A DNA stretch of 64,000 nucleotides from an uncultured Aquimarina sp. (lineage in GTDB: Bacteria; Bacteroidota; Bacteroidia; Flavobacteriales; Flavobacteriaceae). This document shows positions 20,985 through 30,500 of the stretch, piece by piece. Position numbers and translations under genes: made by a program. Numbering within the stretch: position 1 is the stretch's first letter; each line of letters starts with the position of its first letter. The stretch covers positions 1,404 through 65,403 of the forward strand of contig CANLRN010000016.1 in assembly GCA_947493495.1 (NCBI GenBank), written 5' to 3'. Below the pieces are notes generated by a model. It did not search any database and was not told the DNA's origin. It was given only the letters and a program-made list of their open reading frames with translations.

Positions 20985-22130
20985 ATGAAAATATTACTGG
21001 TAGGAGAATATAGTCGATTACATAATTCATTGAAAGAAGGTCTAACCAAACTTGGGCATCAGGTTACTCTTATTGGTAATGGAGATGTTTTTAAAAAATA
21101 TCCTGTGGATATTAATATAGATGGAAGTTTCATAAAAAATAATTTCTTACTTAATAAAATAAGGATTTTATTATTTAAAATTACGACTATTGATATCGCT
21201 TCTATAGAAACTTTCATCCGGTTTAAAAGAAATAAGAAATCTCTAGTGGATTATAATGTAGTGCAATTGATCAATGAAACACCTTTTAATATTGGGCCTT
21301 ATTTTGAGAAAAAACTTTTAAAATATCTTTTTAAGCATAATAAAAATATCTTTTTATTAGCCTGTGGTGATGATTATCAATATATTTCTTATTTACTATC
21401 CGGAAAATTCGATTATAGTACCGTAAGTCCATTATTAGATGATCCATCTCTAAAAAAAGAGTATCAATACACATTAAAATTTGTATCAAAAAAACAAAAA
21501 GTACTTCATGACTTTGTCTTTTCTCATATCAAAGGTGTGATCCCTGCGAGTGTAGAATATCATATTGCTTACCAAAATACCCAAAAAACATTACCGCTTA
21601 TCTCTAATCCAGTTAATGTCGATACAATTAAGTTTATTCCTTTTCAAAAGGATGAAAAAATTAAAATTTTACACGGAATCAATAGCGCTAATTACCTTAA
21701 AAAAGGGAATCGCTATTTTGAGGAAGCGCTTACTATATTGCTACAAAAATACCCTAATAGTATTGAAGTCATCACTACTAGGGACTTACCCTATAAAGAT
21801 TATATCAAACATTTTTTATCTACTCACATTCTGTTGGATCAAGCGCAAGCACACGATCAAGGATACAATGCCTTAGAGGCTATGGCTATGGGGAAAGTAG
21901 TTTTTACAGGTGCGGGACAAGATTTTAAAAAATATTATCGATTAGATACAACTGTCGCCATAGATACATCTCCTAATACTACTAAAATTGTAAAAGACTT
22001 AGAAGCATTAATTCTAAACCCTAATCTAATAGGCGAAATAGGAAGAAATGCTAGGGAATTTATTAAAAAAGAGCACCATTATATTGACATTGCCAAAAAG
22101 TATACAGAAACTTGGAAAAAGTATAACTAA
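20985..22130 (+). CDS. GT-B fold glycosyltransferase
   Basis: MKILLVGEYS N-terminus; C-terminal DQ...GYNALEAMAMGKVV GT4-like motif. Confidence 0.8.
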   Translation: MKILLVGEYSRLHNSLKEGLTKLGHQVTLIGNGDVFKKYPVDINIDGSFIKNNFLLNKIRILLFKITTIDIASIETFIRFKRNKKSLVDYNVVQLINETPFNIGPYFEKKLLKYLFKHNKNIFLLACGDDYQYISYLLSGKFDYSTVSPLLDDPSLKKEYQYTLKFVSKKQKVLHDFVFSHIKGVIPASVEYHIAYQNTQKTLPLISNPVNVDTIKFIPFQKDEKIKILHGINSANYLKKGNRYFEEALTILLQKYPNSIEVITTRDLPYKDYIKHFLSTHILLDQAQAHDQGYNALEAMAMGKVVFTGAGQDFKKYYRLDTTVAIDTSPNTTKIVKDLEALILNPNLIGEIGRNAREFIKKEHHYIDIAKKYTETWKKYN

Positions 22131-22143
22131 TCATTCTCTAGAC

Positions 22144-23079
22144 CTAAACCTCTACTCTATAAAAATCTTGTGTGTAAATCTCGCATCCTAATTCTTCTTT
22201 TTGTTTAAGCAATCCAAAATTATCTTCTGTAACTGTTCCCATATCAAAAAACACAAACTCTAATTCTTTATATTTTTTAATTAATGAAATGAATAAAAAA
22301 TCCAAGGCGCGGTGTTTTTCTCCTTCGTTAGTGACAGCTCCATACTGCGATTTAACTACTTGATTAGAAATAAAAATGGTAATTCCAGCAAGAATTCGGC
22401 CTTCTAAACGGATAGTATATTGCTTGATAAATTCTGGAAATTTATTCTTAAGCAGAGAAATTTCTTCTAATGAATGTACAGGTAGTGTCTTATGTTTTTT
22501 GGCTAAACGTGGGATTAAAACTTTGTTCCAAAAACCAGAAAAATCTAATGTCTCTTCAATACTAAAACCAAGATTTTTTCTCTTTTCATAATTTTTCAAT
22601 TTACTCTTATGGATTCGTAATGGCAACCTATAATCAATAGCCAAATTAAGATGTCTTTCATATATATTACCTCCTAAATCAGAAACAAAAAAAGTAAATT
22701 CATGGGCTGGTTTAGTATGATAAAAAATAGGAATTGACTTGATGAAAATCGTTTGGATCTGATTTTTTTTATAAAAATTCACTATCGCAAAAAGTATATT
22801 TCTTACTTTTTCTCCACCAATACTATCTAGGAGTAATAATCCACCATACGTTAGTCCTTGATGAGAATATATTATATTATCTACTATGTTTGCAGGAAAT
22901 AAACCTATCAATGTCTTATCATTATAGATCATTACTGAAAAATCTTGAAATCGATCTGCATGATACTCCATAAATTCTCTATGAAATAAAAATGTCCCAT
23001 TTTTGGAGTTTTTAATAAAATCGTTCCACGAAGAATATGCTTCTTTTGTATATTTCTTAACTGTATAATTAGGTAGCAT
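22144..23079 (-). CDS. GNAT/FemAB-related acyl- or aminoacyl-transferase
   Basis: WNDFIKNSKNGTFLFHREFMEYH, SHQGLTYGG and FFDMGT motifs, as in FemAB-like proteins of polysaccharide loci. Confidence 0.7.
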   Translation of the reverse strand: MLPNYTVKKYTKEAYSSWNDFIKNSKNGTFLFHREFMEYHADRFQDFSVMIYNDKTLIGLFPANIVDNIIYSHQGLTYGGLLLLDSIGGEKVRNILFAIVNFYKKNQIQTIFIKSIPIFYHTKPAHEFTFFVSDLGGNIYERHLNLAIDYRLPLRIHKSKLKNYEKRKNLGFSIEETLDFSGFWNKVLIPRLAKKHKTLPVHSLEEISLLKNKFPEFIKQYTIRLEGRILAGITIFISNQVVKSQYGAVTNEGEKHRALDFLFISLIKKYKELEFVFFDMGTVTEDNFGLLKQKEELGCEIYTQDFYRVEV

Positions 23080-23323
23080 AATAGTATTAGAGTGGTGAAA
23101 ATAATTATTTTGTTTGAGTATAAAGAATATAAATCATACTATTAGTACTTAAATCTAAGCTTACGAAGTCAATCACTAGTTTGTTTTATTAATAAAAAGG
23201 TAACAGAATTTTATTAATTGCAACTATTTTTTTGTAATTAATTTATTTAATGTCGACAAATTAAAAGTATTACCCCCTCTTAATTGCAAACCCCACAGTA
23301 CTCTAGAATTTATTTTTTTATAC

Positions 23324-23477
23324 TATTCATATGAAATAAGCCATAACAATTATGTGGATGTCCATCGATATGATGATATAGCGTAGCACCTATGGTTAGA
23401 TTAAAAAACATAGTGAATCGGTAGTGTTTGCAGCAGTTCAAAGATGGAATAGATTTCCTAATGAATAATAGGGTTAA
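23324..23477. repeat. Mosaic family-I palindromic element (divergent left arm + family-I hairpin and right arm)
   Basis: 23379-23467 aligns to the reverse complement of 2640-2730 at 81/91 (hand count). 23330-23383 aligns to the reverse complement of 553-605. Imperfect terminal IR TATTCATATGAAAT / ATTTCCTAATGAATA. Confidence 0.75.
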
Positions 23478-23613
23478 AAATAACTAAACACTCTTAAGTT
23501 CTGAGGTTATATTTTGATAATAAAATTGATTTATTTGTGTTTTTTAACGATAAAAAAGTGTATTTTACCGATGTTTAATTGTTTTTTACAAGTTTTAAGC
23601 TTGTTATACTGTG

Positions 23614-23621
23614 TATATTTG
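23614..23621 (+). promoter_or_regulatory. TAnnTTTG -7 promoter element with no downstream CDS
   Basis: TATATTTG followed by CATC; the next + strand feature is a terminator about 90 nt later. Confidence 0.55.
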
Positions 23622-23626
23622 CATCA

Positions 23627-23740
23627 GTACAAAAGAAAAATAGTAATGTATTAGTTAACCCATAAATAAAATTGACCCCGAAACCAGACCTTGCCCCAAA
23701 ATTTTAGAAAAAAAATCCCGAGAAAACTCGGGATTTTTTG
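23627..23740 (+). ncRNA. Candidate ~110-nt small RNA with three C-rich motifs
   Basis: Bracketed by a consensus -7 element and a perfect 13-bp hairpin plus T tract. Contains TTAACCC, TTGACCCCG and TTGCCCC. The only ATG in the span gives ATG-TAT-TAG. Confidence 0.45.
23710..23739. terminator. Bidirectional intrinsic terminator
   Basis: AAAAAATCCCGAG-AAAA-CTCGGGATTTTTT, perfect 13-bp stem, 70 bp past the typA stop. Confidence 0.85.
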
Positions 23741-23809
23741 TTATTCTTTTTTGAATAAACTGATTCTTATAAGAAGTATTTATTTTCTAGCTCTTACAAC
23801 AAATCTTAA

Positions 23810-25609
23810 TTATACAATTTTATTCCTTTTACGCTCTACTTCGGTTAAGAATATTTTTCTTAATCTTAGATAATTCGGAGTTACTTCTACATATTCATCT
23901 TTCTGTATGTATTCTAGTGCTTCTTCTAATGAAAATTTTATTGCAGGAACAATCTTAGCTTTATCATCAGCACCAGCAGAACGCACATTCGATAATTTTT
24001 TAGTCTTAGTTACATTTACCGTCATATCATCACCGCGAGAGTTTTCTCCAATCACCTGACCTTCATAAATATCTTCTCCGGGATCAACAAAAAACTTTCC
24101 TCTTTCTTGTAGTTTATCAATCGAATAAGGTATCGCTGATCCTTTTTCCATAGAAACTAGAGACCCATTAATACGACCCGGGATATCTCCTTTGAGCGGT
24201 TGGTATTCTTTAAATCTGTGTGCCATTATGGCCTCGCCAGCAGTAGCGGTAAGCAATTGATTACGTAATCCAATAATTCCTCTCGAGGGAATCAAAAACT
24301 CACAAATCATACGTTCTCCTTTCGCTTCCATGCTAAGCATCTCTCCTTTACGTAGTGTAACCATTTCTACAGCTTTTCCAGAAACAGTCTCAGGAAGATC
24401 TATCGTTAGTTCTTCTACTGGTTCGCATTTGGTACCATCAATTTCTCTAATAATTACCTGTGGCTGTCCAATCTGCAATTCATATCCTTCTCTCCTCATC
24501 GTTTCAATTAAAACTGATAAGTGCAGTACACCTCTTCCATACACTATGAATTTATCTGCACTATCTGTCTCATTAACTCTAAGTGCTAGATTTTTTTCTA
24601 ATTCTTTTTCTAAACGTTCTTTAATATGTCTAGAGGTTACAAACTTTCCATCTTTCCCAAAAAATGGAGAATCATTGATGGTAAATAGCATACTCATGGT
24701 GGGTTCATCAATTGCAATTGTTTTCAATCTTTCTGGATTTTCTATATCAGCAACTGTATCCCCAATTTCAAAACCTTCTAAACCTACTAATGCGCAGATA
24801 TCACCTGCTTCTACCTTCTCTACTTTCATTCTTCCCAAACCTTCGAAAGTATGTAGTTCTTTGATTTTAGATTTTTTAATCGATCCATCTCGTTTTACTA
24901 ATGAAACCTGCATACCCTCTTGTAGTATTCCTCTTTGTAGACGACCAATAGCAATACGACCTGTAAATGAAGAAAAATCTAAAGATGTAATGAGCATTTG
25001 CAGAGTCCCTTCTTCAATTTTTGGAGAAGGAATATGTTCCATTACCATATCTAACAATGGCTCAATATTATCTGTTTCTTTTTTCCAATCATCACTCATC
25101 CAGTTATTTTTAGCAGAGCCATATACGGTAGGGAAATCTAATTGCCATTCTTCTGCACCTAACTCAAACATGAGATCAAATACCTTCTCATGTACCTCAT
25201 CAGGAGTACAATTTTCTTTATCAACTTTATTCACCACTACACAAGGTTTTAGCCCCAGATCAATTGCTTTTTGCAAAACGAATCTAGTTTGTGGCATAGG
25301 ACCTTCAAAAGCATCAACTAATAACAATACTCCATCCGCCATGTTCAATACTCGCTCTACCTCTCCACCAAAATCGGCGTGACCTGGAGTATCTATAATA
25401 TTTATCTTTGTGTCTTTATAAGTCACAGAAACATTTTTAGAGGTTATTGTAATACCTCTTTCGCGCTCTAAATCATTATTGTCCAAGATTAAATCTCCTG
25501 TATTTTCATTTTCACGAAATAATTGACAATGGTACATAATTTTGTCTACCAAAGTAGTTTTACCGTGATCTACGTGAGCAATAATCGCAATGTTTTTTAT
25601 AGCAGTCAT
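23810..25609 (-). CDS. typA: Translational GTPase TypA/BipA
   Basis: IAIIAHVDHGKTTLVD, ERERGITITSK, DTPGHADFGGEVER, GRGVLHLSVLIETMRREGYE and SLEEALEYI motifs. Confidence 0.97.
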   Translation of the reverse strand: MTAIKNIAIIAHVDHGKTTLVDKIMYHCQLFRENENTGDLILDNNDLERERGITITSKNVSVTYKDTKINIIDTPGHADFGGEVERVLNMADGVLLLVDAFEGPMPQTRFVLQKAIDLGLKPCVVVNKVDKENCTPDEVHEKVFDLMFELGAEEWQLDFPTVYGSAKNNWMSDDWKKETDNIEPLLDMVMEHIPSPKIEEGTLQMLITSLDFSSFTGRIAIGRLQRGILQEGMQVSLVKRDGSIKKSKIKELHTFEGLGRMKVEKVEAGDICALVGLEGFEIGDTVADIENPERLKTIAIDEPTMSMLFTINDSPFFGKDGKFVTSRHIKERLEKELEKNLALRVNETDSADKFIVYGRGVLHLSVLIETMRREGYELQIGQPQVIIREIDGTKCEPVEELTIDLPETVSGKAVEMVTLRKGEMLSMEAKGERMICEFLIPSRGIIGLRNQLLTATAGEAIMAHRFKEYQPLKGDIPGRINGSLVSMEKGSAIPYSIDKLQERGKFFVDPGEDIYEGQVIGENSRGDDMTVNVTKTKKLSNVRSAGADDKAKIVPAIKFSLEEALEYIQKDEYVEVTPNYLRLRKIFLTEVERKRNKIV

Positions 25610-25630
25610 ATACGCCTAAATTTAAGGGTG

Positions 25631-25638
25631 CAAATGTA
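25631..25638 (-). promoter_or_regulatory. -7 promoter element of typA
   Basis: TACATTTG on the minus strand, 22 bp upstream of the ATG. Confidence 0.6.
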
Positions 25639-25777
25639 CGGTATATTTTAAAACCTTATACAAGAAATTAAATAAGAATTCCTGAAGATGTTTTTAACTT
25701 CTAAAATAACAAAACTAATAAACAACTTATTTACATAAATTTTGCAAAGAAAGGTGTCATAAAAATGAAACCACTAA

Positions 25778-25961
25778 TTAACCCAGAAAATTCATGGTTT
25801 TTCGTTATGAAAAGTCAAAACACCAAGATATGTGGTAAACGCAGGAATTTTTATCCGAAGAAATTGTAACCCAATTTTGAGGATATACAATTTCGAGTAG
25901 TATCAGATACCGCTGATGGTTTGGCTTTGGAATAGAAATAAGCATGAATTTTCTGGGTTAA
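25778..25961. mobile_element. 184-bp MITE-like or internally deleted IS remnant
   Basis: Perfect 19-bp terminal inverted repeats TTAACCCAGAAAATTCATG (25778-25796) and CATGAATTTTCTGGGTTAA (25943-25961). No transposase-length ORF inside. Confidence 0.6.
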
Positions 25962-26049
25962 ACTCGAAGTATGCATTGAAACTATATTATGACGCTTTGA
26001 GACGCAATAAATATGGATTTTCATAATTTCTGCATAGCTACCTGGTTAA

Positions 26050-26253
26050 ACCCAATTTATCAATGCCAATAATACTCTAAGATTAAGTGTTTATGATAGA
26101 ACTGGAAAAACCATAGTATCTAATCTTATAAGAAAGGATGCCAATAGTAGATTTTTATATACGCTTGATATGTCTTATGCCAGTACAGGTGTTTACTTTG
26201 TACAATTAGGAAACAGTAATACTAGAAAATCGGCCAAATTTATAGTCAATTAA
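26050..26253 (+). pseudogene. Orphan T9SS C-terminal sorting-domain remnant without start codon
   Basis: Stop-to-stop frame TQFINANNTLRLSVYDRTGKTIVSNLIRKDANSRFLYTLDMSYASTGVYFVQLGNSNTRKSAKFIVN*, with typical CTD elements (VYDxTGK, lDMSxxxxGVYFV, KFIV). Preceded by in-frame TAA at 26047. Confidence 0.65.
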
Positions 26254-26386
26254 TCAATATCTATACTTTTCTGACAAAGAAAGGTATTGTTTTCAAATAG
26301 CTATGAATAGCATCAATTATTATTTCAATGTACTGTAAAATAAAATTATGTTTTTTTTCGTTAAAAATTTAACCAACATAATTATC

Positions 26387-27124
26387 ATGAAAATACTCAA
26401 GTTTTACAATATTTTAGCTGCACTATCCCTTTTCCTAATTTTCCAACAAGGATTTTCTCAAAACAATACCCAAGAAATGGAAGAAATGCTGCAATTAGTT
26501 AACGAATTGCGAGCTCAAGAAGGTCTACAACCATTACAGTTAAATACAAGTCTAAACAATGCTGCCTTTAATCATTCTAAGGATATGGGAGATAATAACT
26601 ACTTTAGTCATACAGGATTGAATGGTTCTAGTTTTAGTGACCGTGCAAGAGCCGAAGGATATACAGGATCACCTAGAGGCGAAAATATTGCAGCAGGTAA
26701 TGCTACCGTAGAAGCAACTTTTAGGCAATGGGTAAACAGTGGGGGGCATTTAAATAATATGTTAAACGCTGGTCATAATGAAATGGGAATTGGTCATGCA
26801 ACTGTTGATGGTTCTAGGTATACACATTATTGGACACAAATTTTTGGAAAAGGAAACCTATTATCTGTAACTAGTTTTGATAAAAATGAGATTGCTGTGA
26901 CTGTATATCCAAACCCATTCTCTGATGAAATTCAATGTAAAATATCTCAACCTATGACTGATCCTGTAGCCATACGTATCATAGATAGTAGTGGTAAAGT
27001 AGTTTATGAAGATACTAAGGCTATGATCTCTGAATCTTATCGTATCGCTTCAGAGCAATTCTCTAGTGGGCTTTATTTTGTGCTTATCAATGATGGTTTA
27101 TCCAAAAAAATTGTAAAACTGTAG
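26387..27124 (+). CDS. CAP (SCP/PR-1) domain protein with T9SS CTD
   Basis: LVNELRAQEGLQPL, AAFNHSKDM...YFSH, GENIAAG, WVNSGGH and YWTQIFG motifs; CTD VYPNPFS...GLYFV. Likely start ATG 26387. Confidence 0.88.
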   Translation: MKILKFYNILAALSLFLIFQQGFSQNNTQEMEEMLQLVNELRAQEGLQPLQLNTSLNNAAFNHSKDMGDNNYFSHTGLNGSSFSDRARAEGYTGSPRGENIAAGNATVEATFRQWVNSGGHLNNMLNAGHNEMGIGHATVDGSRYTHYWTQIFGKGNLLSVTSFDKNEIAVTVYPNPFSDEIQCKISQPMTDPVAIRIIDSSGKVVYEDTKAMISESYRIASEQFSSGLYFVLINDGLSKKIVKL

Positions 27125-27239
27125 CTAATATTTTTCTATATGTCCTCCTAAATAAATAGGTATCCGAAATCCTGTTTTATGCAATTTCTTACAAACGCTA
27201 AAAAAAATTCTTGAGTACTAAAATACCATAAGATAAATC

Positions 27240-27410
27240 CAAAGGCTATATCCAATAGAACTTTGATATCAAGTTTAAAGATATCATACTTATCGATACT
27301 TTTATGATTTTAGCATAACAACACTATGATAAAATCAATAAATAGAGAGAAGCACCAGTATTTGCAGTAGTTCTAAAATGTAATAACATTTCTATTGTAT
27401 AAATCCGGTT
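27240..27410. repeat. ~171-bp palindromic element, family I, degenerate copy
   Basis: Centre TAGCATAACAACACTATGAT is homologous to TAGCGTAGCACCGCTACGGT. Shares TTTGCAGTAGTT (27361-27372) with copy 1. Ends ATAAATCCGGTTTAA. Confidence 0.6.
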
Positions 27411-27515
27411 TAAGTCTCTTTAAAGAATTCATCGCAAAGGGATAAAATTCATATACTATTTTTGGTAGTTTTTACGTTTATAATATTCAACATAACTTAT
27501 CTTAAAACCAAAAAA

Positions 27516-30500
27516 ATGAGAACCCTAACTATCCAAACCGTATTATTATTTTTATTGTCAAGCATCTCTCTTCAAAGTCAGATCACCTATCAAAACGCTT
27601 TTCCTAATATAAATTTTGAATTCCCTACAGAAATCCAAAATGCTAATGATGGCTCTAATCGATTGTTCGTAGTAGAACAAAGAGGCCGTATCGAGGTTTT
27701 TTCGAATCAAAGTAATGTTACCAATACTTCAAATTTCTTGGATATTACAGATCGGGTACGTTTTAGAAATGGACAAGAAGTAGGCTTACTAGGCCTTGCT
27801 TTTCACCCTCAATATACCTCCAATGGATATATTTATGTGTATTACACCACAGATAGCCCAGCAAATGGTATTTCTGTTAGGATGGTATTGTCCAGGTTTT
27901 CGGTAAATCCATCAAATAATAATGATGTTCTAGAAGACAGTGAACAGGTTATTTTTCAATTTGATAAAAACCAAAATAATAGCAATCATAATGGGGGCAA
28001 AATCGCTTTTGGTCCAGATGGATATTTATATATTTCTATTGGTGATGGAGGTGGCGGTAATGATCCCCGACGAAATGGACAAAACAAAAACACCGTTTTT
28101 GGAAGTATCTTAAGAATAGATGTAGACCTTGATGGGAGCAATCCTGTAGAAAATAATCCTACACCACCCAATGGTAACTATGAGATTCCTAGTGATAACC
28201 CATTAGTAGGCAGCAACGGATTAGATGAAATTTATGTCTATGGTATTCGCAATACGTGGAAATTTGCTTTTGACGAAGTTACAGGAAGATGCTGGGGTGC
28301 AGATGTTGGTCAGAATGCTTTTGAAGAAATCAATATTATTGAGTCTGGTAAAAATTATGGATGGAGTCGTTTTGAAGCTAATTCTGTAGCCAACAGTAAT
28401 GTTACGATATCCGAACCCACAGAATTTCCGGTTTTCTTTTATAACCGAAATCAAGGAGATCGATCCATTACTGGTGGGTATGTATATAGAGGATCAGAAA
28501 TCACCAGTCTCAATCCTGATATTCAAGGAAAATATATATTTGGGGATTATGTAAGCGGAAGAGTTTGGGTACTAAATTATAACCCTTCTACCGGTGATGC
28601 GAGTAGAACATTACTCTTTAATACCACTAACGAATTTGTATCTTCATTTGGATTAGATGAAGATGGAGAACTTTATTTTAGTGATTATGGTACTAATGCA
28701 CAACTCTATAAATTAGTGGATGGCACCTCACCTCCTTCAGGTACAGCGGTAAATGGTATTGGTCAATGGAGTACGCTAAATGAAGGAGTAATTAATGGAA
28801 TAGTAAATGATATTGTAACTGCTCCTAATGGAAATGTTTATCATGCTGGAACTTTTAGTCAAGCAGGTACAATTAGTGCTAATAACATTGCAGTTTGGAA
28901 TCAGACCTCTGGGTGGCAAAGTTTAGGTAATGGTGCTAATGGTACCATAAACGCATTGGCAATTGCTCCTAATGGAAATATATATGCTGGTGGTTCTTTT
29001 ACAGAGATCGGAGGTGTTACTGCTAATAACATTGCCGTGTATAATGGTAGTAATTGGAGCGCCCTAGGTTCTGGAATAGATGGTACAGTGGCTGCGATGG
29101 CAATACGTGATAATGGAGATCTGTATGTAGGTGGTGTTTTTGAAACTGTAAATGGCAACACGGTAAGAAATATTGCACTATGGAATGGTAGTCAATGGGC
29201 TGCTCTTAGAGATGCAACCACTGCTGTCGCTGGAACTAATAATGAAATTAGAGCATTAGCCATTGATACTGATGGTACCCTATATGTTGGGGGAAATTTT
29301 GATGAAGCCGGAAGTAATACCGCAAACAGAATCGCAACCTGGAATGGAACCAATTGGGGTACTTTAGGATCAGGAACTAGTGGTTTTGTAGAAGCTATAG
29401 CTGTTACCCCTACAGAAGTATATATTGGAGGGAATTTTGCTATCGCTGGAGGACAAACCGTAAACCGAATCGCCAGATGGAATAAAAATACGACATCCTG
29501 GTCTTCTGTTGGTAATGGTGTAAATAACATCGTTAATTCATTAATTCATGATGGCACTTATCTATATGCTGCTGGAGCTTTTGACAATGCGAATATTGAC
29601 GCCAATAATAGAATCATTGTAAATAATATTGCAAGATGGAGTTCTATAGAAGGTTGGGAGGCTCTTGGCACAAATACTAATGTTGGTGTAGATATCAAAG
29701 TAAATACTTTAAGTTTTGCGTCAGATACAGACGGTACTAATAAGTTGTATGCAGGTGGTAATTTTACCAGTGCAGGTGCTATAAATGCTAGTAATACTGC
29801 AGAATGGCTCTCAGAAAACACCTCGACTCCTCCTGATACTCAAGCCCCAACCGATCCTACTAATCTTACCGCAAATAACATTACCGCTGATAGTGCCACC
29901 TTAAACTGGACTGCTTCTACTGATAATGTAGAGGTAACCCAATACAACATTTCTATAGATGGAAATAGTGTAGGTACTTCTGCAAATACCTCTTTTAATG
30001 TAACCCAACTAGCTCCATCCACTACCTATACTGCTTCGGTAACTTCACAAGATGCAGCTGGAAATATTTCAGGTAGTGCAACGGTTTCTTTTACTACCAT
30101 AAATGGACCAACAGTGACTTATTGTGATTCTGCAAGTACCACCGTAAATGAGGAATTTATTAGTAGAGTTCAAATAAATACCATAGATAATACTTCTGGA
30201 GCACAGTTTTATTCTGACTTTAGTACAACTTCTACAGATTTAATTGAAGGTCAAAATTACACTGTCTCAGTGACTCCAACCTGGACCGGAACCATATATG
30301 CTGAGGCATATGCTGTTTGGGTTGACTATAATAACAATGGAGATTTTACAGATGCAGAAGAATTAGTATTCTCTAAATCTCCTTCTTCTGATACTAATAA
30401 TACAGGAACTTTTACGATACCTACTGGTACTGCACGTACTTCTGTTAGAATGCGTGTATCAATGAAGTATAATGAAATCCCTACATCCTGCGAAACTTTT

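Noticed and set aside
23691-23873. 60-aa TTG-start ORF
   Set aside because: Runs through a strong terminator and overlaps the typA 3' end in antisense; low-complexity composition.
24330-25382. 350-aa + strand ORF inside typA, and the many other short opposite-strand ORFs in the track (e.g. 1040-1303, 4426-4764, 29192-29530, 39703-39957)
   Set aside because: Antisense shadows of well-supported genes, with no recognisable motifs.
28740-29810. Periodic GGxF/NNIAxW DNA similarity as a possible CRISPR or tandem array
   Set aside because: These are protein-coding propeller repeats with no fixed-length identical direct repeats or spacers. No CRISPR array or cas gene was seen anywhere in the window.
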